NCBI RefSeq assembly: GCF_947568905.1
Contig: NC_079165.1
Coordinates: 77,004,001 to 77,068,000, forward strand
From: Ostrea edulis
Taxonomy: Eukaryota
DNA: 64,000 nt
Reading direction: 5' to 3'
Each line of letters begins with the position of its first letter. Position 1 is the stretch's first letter. A program made the position numbers and the translations under genes. The notes under the pieces are model-generated. The model did not search any database. It saw only the letters and a list, made by a program, of their open reading frames with translations, and was not told the origin of the DNA. Shown here one piece after another: positions 10,500-64,000 of the stretch.

Positions 10500-13400
10500 G
10501 CACACATCCAGTCACTGAAGTGCATCCTCTGTGGGGCTGTATTGTGATCAAATTAAAAGCAAACTGGCCAACAAGTGGTGCGAGTATATTGTGTACAGAC
10601 TCCAAAACTGTCTGGTCCTAGGGACCAAAATAGTGCAATATTTGGGATAAGATTGATAGTCTTTTAGCGTACAATAAATCATACCTAACCATAGTGTCTT
10701 CCACGCATGTTTATTGTGTTACATATAATGGTTTCATCAATTTTCATTGAAGACCAACTTTTGTTGTTTTCCTGGTATTGTCTGAAAAATCAACAAAGTA
10801 GCTTTTGCTCAAAAAGTACAATAGCTTTCCATAAAATTTGCCCCAGCAAAAATATTCCCGACAATTCCAGACGTTGATGTGCATTAAATTTGCTGAAACT
10901 GCAGTGCAACATCCATTAAATTTGCTGAAACCGCAGTGCAACATCTACACTGTTTTTAAGAAGAGTTGGAATCTGTGTACATTTTATCAGTAGACTTTTT
11001 TGTCCTCGTTCATATTTTCTTGTCGATACAGTATGTATACTCCTTGCACACAGTTTTAACTGTTCTGTAGAAATTGCCATAAACAATTGTCAGTTTGTTC
11101 CATTTCTAGTTTGTGGATCAACTTTGTAATGGGACATTATATTATACTACTGTATGTGATCTACTCAGCTGGAAAGTAGTCCTTATTTAATAACAGAGAA
11201 CTTCAATAACAAAATCCAATCCAATTGTACATATAGGTTTTAATATTGCAGTTTAAATTTTACTAAAACATTTTTATGTACAAAAAACAACAAATATTTG
11301 TACTAAATACAATAAAGAGCAACAAATTTTGTTTACCTTTATACTGAAAAACATTTAGTAATGTATAACTTTGTAGGTGTTGCATTTACTTTGATGTGAA
11401 GTTTCACAACCTGTATCTCTTTCTGTGTTATGAATTTGTAGTCTGGTTTAGATGTACATAAATACACAGAACTAGTTATTGTTTGAGTGACTAGACTATA
11501 CATGGAAGAAAAATGAGGTATCTAACAATGAATGAATGCAATATGAAGGCACAGGTTTTATACAGAACCTGAGTTAATCGAAAGTGCTGCAAAAACATAA
11601 TTTTCGTTGGGGACTTCTTTTGTAGATATTGATCAATGCTTATATTCTATTATTAAACTTGCATGTATCATCAAGAGGCAATCATAGGACTATGAATGCC
11701 TTATGACATCACAAAAAAGTAGCCAATCGCATTTGAATACAAATGAAAACCAGGAAATGATGTCCTCAAGAAAATGAATGTTATTACAGTACCCAAGTTT
11801 TACAAGAAAGGCTATGTTTTTTATGTAGCACAGCCTAAGTACAAACATCAACGTGTACATTACTTGTTCAAAACAATATACAACTCAAACACTCGGTAAA
11901 ATCCATACATGATTTGTAACCTGACGAGTGTTTCAAAGTAGCAGTCCGTGTAAGAATGATGGGGTTATTGAGGACTTGGCTATGATATTTTGATTGTTCC
12001 CAAAGCTCAAGTATTGCAATTCTAATTGTAGTTTATAATGTACATTCCTTACATGAAGACAATATAATACAAAGAGGACAGAGAAAACCAATTTTCCAAT
12101 ACAAACAGTGTGTGTACAAAAAGTAAGCTCCATCAATCATCATGCTAGTATTATATAAATGTTGTTATCACATTGTGTCGTACACTTGTAATATTTTAAA
12201 ATTCATTTATAGGTTCATTTAAGGTAACTCGCTTATTTCTAATATTGCCTGATTCTTAAATGGACTGCTACTTTAAAAATACTGGGGGGGGGAGATAATC
12301 TAATAAAAAAAATTGTCTTGTATAATTTTCCAAAGATTTATAAACCATAGGAATTATTGCACAGCAGCTGTTTCCTATCATTCCTAGTAAAGATAACATT
12401 TTTAAAAAAATCTACGAATGGCAATGCTGGTGTCATTCATACAAACTGCCATTACAACAGTCATAATAAAAGTTTTTTAAAAATCTCTCAGAGATCAGTG
12501 AAGTTCTACAGCATATGTAAAAACACAGACACACAAAGCTTTGGAAGGCATAATCAATATAAAACGGATAAAAATACTGTATGTTAAAACTGCTTTGTTC
12601 TGAGAATACAAAGCATGTTAAATTGTAGAAATGTTTGGTCGTTTTGTAGAAGACTTGGAGAGAAGTAAGATCTACATCTAATACATTTGTCATCAAACAT
12701 CACTGTACAAAATACGTCCAATCTAAACTAAGATCTACAATTCAGTCTCTTTCGGTTATTGTTGAAGTAAGGATGAGCAAAAAAAAATAGAGATTCAAAA
12801 ATACTGTTAACGGGTTGTATAGGAAGAACCCTGCATGCTCAGAGACAATTACAGCTGATTGCTGTGTGACTGTAAAAATGTCCAACTTTATTCAATCCAG
12901 TTAGGGTTAGATGTTAGATCTGCTCTACTCATAAGTGGTGCATAAATAGTTTTGAATTTATCAGAAGAGATAAGAAATTAAGTCTCCTGTCAAATAAGTT
13001 CATAATAAAAATCCTAACAAATGAGCATGAGGCCCATAGAAAATTACTTGGTTAAAATCTAAGTTCATCATAAAAATCCTAACAGTTGAGCATGAGGCCC
13101 ATAGAAAATTATTTGGTTGAAATCTCTTAGTGCTGAACCCTTCAATACTCTCCACCAGTCAATCTGTTGCCTGGTGTTAAAAATTTAATTCAATAAATTA
13201 TGGATGATAGTCCCTACTGATGGAAAATATACCTAATACGAATTATAGTCTCCAGGCCAGAAATATCCAGTGATTTGTAACACCATGACCTTCACAGGAA
13301 GAAGTTGAAAATGTGACCCGTCACCGTGTGAAATACACACAGACAGATGGAAAGACAATAGAAAACAGCTGGTACTCGGGTGCAGGTGAACTAAAAACTA

Positions 13401-13570
13401 CCTTACCATTGAACAACCTTCAATACACCATTTACAAATCTCAGAAAAAAAAATTAAAAATCTCTATAAACCATATTAAAAAAACATATATGAGCATTTT
13501 CTATATCAACAGTCAATTTGTTTCCAAAAGGCACATGCTATAAGATCTGCTTTCTTATGATGAAATTGAG

Positions 13571-13935
13571 CTGAGTCTTTTCAACTTCCTGATTTTTGTA
13601 ATTGAAAGATGAGACTTTTCAACTTCCTGATTTATGTAATTGAATTGAACAATTAACATTAAGCAAAGTATTTTTAACTTCCTGATTTACGTAATTGAAT
13701 TGAACAATTAACATTAATCTGAGTCTTTTCAACTTCCTGATATATGCAATTGAATTGAACAATTAACATTAATCTGAGTCTTTTCAACTTCCTGATATAT
13801 GCAATTGAATTGAACAATTAACATTAAGCTGAGTTTTTTCAAGTTCTTGATTTATGTAATTGAATTGAACAATTAACATTAATCTGAGTTTTTTCAAGTT
13901 CTTGATTTATGTAATTGAATTGAACAATTAACAAT
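13571..13935. repeat. About 56-bp tandem repeat x6 between the two 3' ends
   Basis: aattgaattgaacaattaacattaatctgagtcttttcaacttcctgat... Confidence 0.9.
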
Positions 13936-14620
13936 GCAGACTAACCTTAACAAATGTCAGGGAAAATACCCATATGTGTTCTACCATGCACCAATGAATG
14001 ATGAGGGTTTTTTTCTGAATACTTCTGGGTTATTGGTGGACCCATTATAACATGTAAACACAAAACATTTCTTACAGCAACATGTTCTCACAATAAAACA
14101 TGAGAGTAGAATCTAATTATAAAACCACGGACACACACAGTGTTACACTGTAAAATATAATGCTGTGAACAAAATTGGCAACTCTAACTAAAAACCTGTG
14201 TAATGCCATAAAGCAAAATGCCTTGCCTCGACACAATTGCAGATATGTAAAATGTTAATCTTAATTACTACTTTTGATACACATTAACTACCGTTTTCAA
14301 TCAGACATATAAGTTGAAAAGTTGTCTTACATTTTGTCAAAATGGAGGATGCATGATTTTTATAAATACAATGTACATGTATTCAGGCACAGATCCCAAC
14401 CATATAATTCAAGGGAGATAACCTTTGATTTCTTTTGAATACTCTTTGGAAGGAAAGAAAGGTATTGGTTATCTTTACCTTCTTTCTCTCGGCTGTAATA
14501 AACACAGGAAAAGTTAACACACAGTACAAGGCCTCGAGCAATATTACAACATGTGTGAATAAAACCTCTCGCAACCTGATAAACATGATTCACTGAACAC
14601 AAGATGAAGACGTAACATCA

Positions 14621-57562
<42,942 letters not shown>

Positions 57563-57564
57563 CT

Positions 57565-57716
57565 GTCAAATATAAATCAGTCAATATGAAATATGTCAAA
57601 TATAAATCAGTTAATATAAATTATGTCAAATACAAATCAGTCAATCAATATAAAATATGTCACTCAAATATAAATCAGTCAATATAAAATAAGTCAAATA
57701 AAAATCAGTCAATATT
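57565..57716. repeat. About 30-bp tandem repeat x5 abutting the Ig1a acceptor
   Basis: gtcaaatataaatcagtcaatatgaaatat units. Confidence 0.8.
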
Positions 57717-58282
57717 AACTCTGCCATAGATAAATCATTAAATCATACAACTACAATATGTATGTATATATCATATGTATCCGATTTAAGATCAAGACAT
57801 ACATCAACTCCAGACACATTCACTTATAAAGGTTTGTGAAGAATGACCCCCCCCCCCCCACCCTCCTCCTTAGCCACCACCTTCCCCCTAATGAAATAGT
57901 AAGGTTCAAAAGAAATTCATTTTCATATAACCATACAATTATGATATATTATAGGATTAAACATTCTTTTAATTTGAAGAATTTATTGATGTTTATAAAC
58001 CCTGGACATTTTACTTACAAACTGAATAAAAGTGCAAAGCTTTTATTTGTGAGTAATTAAATTCGTTCAGTGTATTATCAATTTAAAAAATTTGAATATT
58101 TTCCCTGCACTATGTTATTTGTTTTCAGGCATGTATGAATACATAGCATGTTTGGATTTATTGATGTGTAAATTCTTGTTAAGCTTTATTTTTGTCCAAT
58201 CAAAACAGTTGTAATAGGTAACATAGGAATTATACAACTGTATGTGATGGTAATTTTTTACAAACAAAATCAGCTAAACAAA

Positions 58283-58324
58283 ATCACTGAAGAGACATTA
58301 TTTGTCGAAATGCGTATCTGGTGC
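58283..58324 (+). ncRNA. Minimal type I hammerhead ribozyme motif (Penelope-like element/retrozyme remnant)
   Basis: atca-CTGAAGA-gaca[ttatt]tgtc-GAAA-tgcgta-TC-tggt: core boxes, 4-bp stem II and stem I pairing are visible. Confidence 0.62.
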
Positions 58325-59889
58325 ATCAAAATTGGTACCGTATAAGTTTTACGCTACAGTGTTACAAAAAAGCATAATTTCATCAAAATGTCAGACTTTT
58401 TTTTCTTTTTGGGAATTTTGTTTTTTATTATACTTTTCTGAGTCACAATCTCCGCAGAAGAAAATAATGTATTTTCCTGAGGTCTGTAACACTAGGTGAG
58501 TAATTCAATCAAGGTACGGAATTCAAAATTATTAATATTCTTCTTCTTTTTTTTTTTTTGGCATAAATAATCCTCATGATCATTACGTATATCTGTATAC
58601 AATTCCCCTTTGAGACTGCTTCAGGTAATAGATAGTAAACCTCGGCTGGATTACTAATAATTTGCTATAGTGTTTGATCATTCATCTGCATGTACCTAAA
58701 GCATATACAGAGAGATGTTAAATAAATTCATAATAAATGCACAGCTTATGATTAATGAATTAAACATCTGAATCTAGGATGTTTTCTTATCTTTGCTGCA
58801 CTGACTGATAAAGTTTCCTCCTGTGCCCTTGAACAAGGTCAAATTTTTTCATTGGCAATTTTCCTTTGACTAGATTCTTTGAAGTGAATCTCAGCTACCA
58901 AACCATCATGCTGTAATACAATTTATAAGACGTCTACCGGTCACAGTGCCCTGCAGTGCTCATCCCAGAATTTAACACATTTACTTCCCCTTTCGATCCC
59001 TTTACTTAATGTCATCGGAGCTTCCTCTTCAGCTCCTCCAACAGAAATAAATCTATACCAACACAACAACATGACTGGGGAAAAAAAACCAATTTCAAAC
59101 ATTTTTTTCTTATTCACAATCTATATTTTCCAATTCTATAGCCAATAATATAGATATATTTCAAGATAACATTTTCTTTATTTATTTTCATCCTAATTTT
59201 ACTATAAGATACATGTACATGGTCCCTCATTTTAACAAGACCAGACTCAGGTGAGGTAATTAACCATTGTCAGTGAATCTTCTGGAAACTGCATGTGATT
59301 AGAGGCGTTATTACAACATGCAGGCATTTTCTGTTTATTTCATCAATTAATGTGTCTACATGTACCCCCGTTATCCTGAAAGGTGTGTTTTGATGCACTT
59401 TTGTTCGCAAGTGTGCATAAATAACTTGTGCTTAATTATAAACAAAATACAAGCCATATAATGAAGAACATTAAGACCTGTAAATAAGAAGAGCCTTGAA
59501 GTAGTGTGGTCTTCATTAACTCCATGTTCTGCTAGATGTCTATTGTTACTAAATTTACTTTGTACAAAGAACTTGAATGTTTCATTGTATATATCACATA
59601 CAAATGGCGGAATCTGAATACACACATAAACACTTACCCAAAGTTGCAACAACAAAACAAATAAACACACACCCAAATTTTCAACAACAAAAAAAAACAA
59701 ATAAAGAGAATTATATCATTTGTCTGTTTTGATGCAGTTTCAGTCAGGCCGGCCCCATCCCCTGAGAAATATTTCTGAAACTGCCCACAAATCCATTGAA
59801 AACAAAAACTACATGTATCACAAAAATCTCTTCATTTTTGGGGAACAGTGAAAGTTCTATGAACATAAACTTAGGATATTATTGTATTA

Positions 59890-60002
59890 TTTGACTGATA
59901 GTTCCCTTCCATGGTAACCATCACATCCTTGGATACCTCAACATGACATCCGAGTTCACAATCCTCCCCAGTAACAAACTCCAGTCTCCAGGGAGGAGAA
60001 AA
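59890..60002 (-). pseudogene. Degenerate frameshifted copy of the RTK Ig3a exon (51522-51638)
   Basis: Roughly 85% identical by eye, with 1-nt and 3-nt deletions. Confidence 0.85.
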
Positions 60003-61708
60003 TAAAACGTCATATATTACACAAGACCGGGTGAGACAACAAGCTTATACAATCTGAGGGGACAACTTACAAAATTCATAGTTACACTTACAATATTGTA
60101 CTATGCTAAGCAACAAAGATAATGATCGTATCATGCAAAATTAACGGTACACATCCAGACTCATTCGTGATTTAATCTCGCGATTAAAAAATTACAGCTA
60201 TATTATTGGCCAGTGACTAAGAAGTCTGGTCCTATCAATGAATTAAGATGGATTCCATTTCCTACAATCACAGTAATTTAATTTTATCATTGTATGCCCA
60301 TGAATCTCGGACATAAAAGTCAACACAAGGTCTATCATTAATGCCCTGTTCCTCTCCCAAACTTTCATTTCATAGACCAGTTTTGCCGTCTCTCAATATG
60401 CAAGGTTGTGAGTACTACCTAAACATATCAGTTCAGATTTCTACACAAACATATTAATACGTATTGTTGAATAAGCACATTCATAATCAACAACATTTTT
60501 AATTAACACCTTTATAATCAAGATCAGTGGACTGAAATATACATTCTATATATCTGACACGATTAACCATCATTTACTACAATAACCCACATACAATGCG
60601 GACTGCATACAATATGGAATGGTAGGACGTGATAATTCCCATTCATATATACTGTAACGTGCTAATGTCCAAGAATAAGGCAGATGTTATATTTACAGTT
60701 TATTTACAAATATGCACATATTTACACACAACATTTATGTTGAACAACTTCAAATAGTTGTAGTTCAATATACACATCAGTCCATCTGCTTACGGAGCAG
60801 AACTGACGTCCATCTGTATTAAACGCCAATACAGAACTTACCCAAACTTGGGCATACCCCTCAAACTTCAAGGTTCCCAGCCAAAATCATAAAGCACTGA
60901 TAATGCCTATAAACAATGAACCCTTATATTCCCATCAGAACATCAGCAACCACTAGTGTAGGACGCTAACAGACATATCCCGTTACCCATTGTGATAACA
61001 GTTAGCTAGTATCTAGAGCAATAAATGCTGAGCATGCATACAAGATAAACAAATAAACAGAATTAATGAAACTCCAAAATTATGACAATACTGTTTAAAC
61101 TAAAGACAGTATTGTCACCATCACAATTCAGATTTTATCTGTGTGTCTGGGTGGGCCCTTCTTAATACACTATCTTTATATATTCCTTTAAAAATTAATT
61201 GGATCTGATTAAGTAATGCTTATCAAAGCCTCTTCTTCACACCGACATTCAACATCTGACAGAGTTCAAGGTCATAGTCCAAGGTCATGGCAGTGGTAAC
61301 ATTAACATATTAAAATTCAATTCTACCTCCATTGTATTTTTTCTTCACTGTTTGCAATTTTTATATCAACTTTTTAAAACAAATTGCTGGTTCTCTTCAC
61401 AACAGGTAAAGAATGCTTGACGCACATATTGCAAAACTTGAAAACTGAATTGGTATTAAGTAAACAGGAAGCAATTATATAACATTTACAGTTCCTAGCT
61501 CCCCAATAGTCTGTAATCAGGAAGAACTACATTTGGCAAACTTTAATTAATGACTAGAAGTCCATATTTGAAGAACATTTTCAAAGTCTCTCCAGTATGT
61601 CTTTGACTTTTAAGACAACCGCAATCACCTAGAAATCAATTAACAAACATCTAATAAACTCATATCTTTAAGATGCCACACTATACAGCTAACCCTATTT
61701 TAAACACC

Positions 61709-62772
61709 ATTCTATAAAGTGAACCCCAAAATCAGATGCATATTCTATAAAGTGAACCCCTAAATTTTGCAGCATTCTATAAAGTGAACCCCTATATTAG
61801 ATACCACAATATAAAATGAACCCCTGTATTAGATACCACAATATAAAATGAACCCCTATATTAGATACCACAATATAAAATGAACCCCTATATTAGATAC
61901 CACAATATAAAATGAACCCCTGTATTAGATACCACAATATAAAATGAACCCCTATATCAGATACCACAATATAAAATGAACCCCTATATTAGATACCACA
62001 ACATAAAATGAACCCCTATATTAGATACCACATTTTAAAGTGAACCCCTATATTAGATACCCTCCTATAAAATGAACCTCTATATTAGATACCACAATAT
62101 AAAATGAACCCCTATATTAGATACCACAATATAAAGTGAACCCCTATATTAGATACCATTCTATAAAATGAACTCCTATATAGATACCACAATATAAAAT
62201 GAACCCCTATATTAGATACCACAACATAAAATGAACCCCTATATTAGATACCACAATATAAAGTGAACCCCTATATTAGATACCATCCTATAAAATGAAC
62301 TCCTATATTAGATACCATAATATAAAATGAACTCCTATATTAGATACCACAATATAAAATGAACCCCTATATTAGATACCACAATATAAAGTGAACCCCT
62401 ATATTAGATAACATCTTATAAAATGAACTCTTATATTAGATACCATAATATAAAATGAACTCCTATATTAGATACCACAATATAAAATGAACCCCTATAT
62501 TAGATATCACACTATAAAATGAACCCCTATATTAGATATCACACTATAAAATGAACCCCTATATTAGATACCATCCTATAAAATGAACTCCTATATTAGA
62601 TACCACAATATAAAATGAACCCTGTATTAGATACCACAATATAAAATGAACCCCTATATATTAGATACCACAATATATAGTGAACCTCTATATTAGATAC
62701 CCTCCTATAAAATGAACTCCTGTATAGATACCACAATATATAATGAACCCCTATATTAGATACCACAATATA
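61709..62772. repeat. 32-bp minisatellite, about 33 copies
   Basis: ataaaatgaacccctatattagataccacaat. Confidence 0.95.
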
Positions 62773-62897
62773 TGCAATACACAGATATATGATATGCCAC
62801 AAAATAAATGAACAGATATACCAGATACGAAAAATCACACTAGCTTCAGACTGCTGAACCACACTGGATTCGGACAGGTGTAAATGTATTGACTCAC

Positions 62898-63008
62898 CTG
62901 AGCAATTCTTCCCGACCCAGATGGGGCTACAGGTACAATGGTAATCCCCATGAGTGTTCGTACAGGTCCCATCATGTACACATGGAGACTTCAGGCACTC
63001 ATTTGTGT
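62898..63008 (-). CDS. Calcium-binding EGF-like domain exon DTNECLKSPCVHDGTCTNTHGDYHCTCSPIWVGKNCS (gene assignment uncertain)
   Basis: Six Cys in EGF spacing, DxNEC calcium motif, phase 1-1, tttttttatag acceptor, gtgagt donor. Confidence 0.88.
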
Positions 63009-63443
63009 CTATAAAAAAAAAGATGTACATTAAAATATCTGCATCTCTAATATGGTTTATCTCGAATACCCTGCTTGAGTCCAAGTCGACCGCCGGTCCC
63101 AGCCATTTTCCCTATATAAATGATTTAAAAAAACTTCTGATATTTTGAACACGGTAATCTCGAATATCCCGCTTATGTCAAAGTATTTTCAAGGTCCCAT
63201 ATGCCCTAAATTCACCTGGTTTATCTCAAAGTGCAGTCAATTTTCTGCTCTGCTTACCATACCTGTTAAGTCACACATTCACACCCGCAGCTACATCAAT
63301 TATAATTAATGACCGCTAATCCACACTCACCTTTTCCAAGTAGACCCAGGTCACAATAAATTGTTCAATAGCTTGGGTGATTAGTGAAGCCTTTCAACAA
63401 TAAGGATTAAGTCCACCACCAATTATGAACTAACACGCCCAAT

Positions 63444-63615
63444 GCCATCTTCGCAAGCCAAGTGTTTTCGGTCCGCTTCGCTCCCCACATTTGTGGGGAG
63501 CGAAGCGGACCGAAAACACTTGGCATCTTCGCAAGCCAAGTGTTTTCGGTCCGCTTCGCTCCCCACATTTGTGGGGAGCGAAGCAGACCGAAAACACTTG
63601 GCTTGCGAAGATGGC
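63444..63615. mobile_element. GC-rich palindromic foldback insertion (duplicated hairpin) with 5-bp target duplication
   Basis: gccatcttcgcaagccaag...cttggcttgcgaagatggc termini; ccaat on both flanks (63439-63443, 63616-63620). Confidence 0.8.
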
Positions 63616-64000
63616 CCAATTCCTGGGATGGTGTTTTGAATGAATACACACTATATCATTAACATGTGGGTTAGATAAACGCACAAAATTGCCGAAGTGT
63701 GCTTGAGGGTAATGCTCATAACAACGACAATGCATTTAATAATACACACTTCATCATTACAACTAGAACAGAGAAAACACGAAAATTTATTTAATTAACA
63801 TTTAAAAGTTTTTCTTTTTAATATCTGTCTTTTTTGTTTCTTACGTGCTAAAACTAAAACACAATTGCTACATCCCAGTCGAGCCTGGACATCAGTAAAC
63901 TTAAAGTAAGCATTCAGCACGATCATCTTAATTTTGAAACACATTGTGAATTCAATAGGATGTTTATATATATTTAAAAAAAAAACGAAATGTTTGTCTT

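Noticed and set aside
60840-60905. AG...GT-bounded segment on minus as the RTK signal-peptide exon
   Set aside because: Stops in all three frames and no hydrophobic leader; could only be non-coding.
62596-63084. 162-aa ORF as one protein
   Set aside because: Only 62898-63008 is exon; the rest is intron read-through into the 32-bp array.
63341-63400. Possible 60-nt exon (ASLITQAIEQFIVTWVYLEK|gtgagt) upstream of the EGF exon
   Set aside because: Phase 0-0, incompatible with the phase-1 EGF exon; weak acceptor and no recognisable motif.
63407-63735. Four overlapping ORFs on both strands
   Set aside because: Generated by the GC-rich palindrome; the reconstructed empty site has stops in all frames.

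Overview
AT-rich eukaryotic (animal) genomic DNA, most likely a bivalve or oyster. That guess rests on Cg170-like satellite monomers inside Helentron-type elements and other oyster-like repeats, recognised by eye. Two convergent intron-rich genes fill the window. On + are the last six coding exons (2111-10499) of a catalytically active MTMR1/2-type myotubularin. On - is a near-complete VEGFR/PVR-type receptor tyrosine kinase (14621-57562): 23 phase-consistent exons, about 1357 aa, with seven Ig domains, TM, split kinase and long tail. No signal-peptide exon is visible, but a phase-compatible calcium-binding EGF exon lies upstream at 62898-63008, suggesting an unusual EGF-Ig7-kinase receptor. 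The introns are packed with repeats. At least five or six minisatellites are tandem amplifications of the gene's own exon/intron junctions, giving arrays of decoy splice sites. Also present are a deleted Ngaro/DIRS-type tyrosine-recombinase retroelement with split direct repeats, a minimal hammerhead ribozyme motif, a duplicated palindromic foldback insertion, MITEs with tandemly amplified termini, THAP/TTAA elements, a hAT remnant and Helentron-like elements abutting splice acceptors. Most long ORFs in the supplied track are repeat artefacts.
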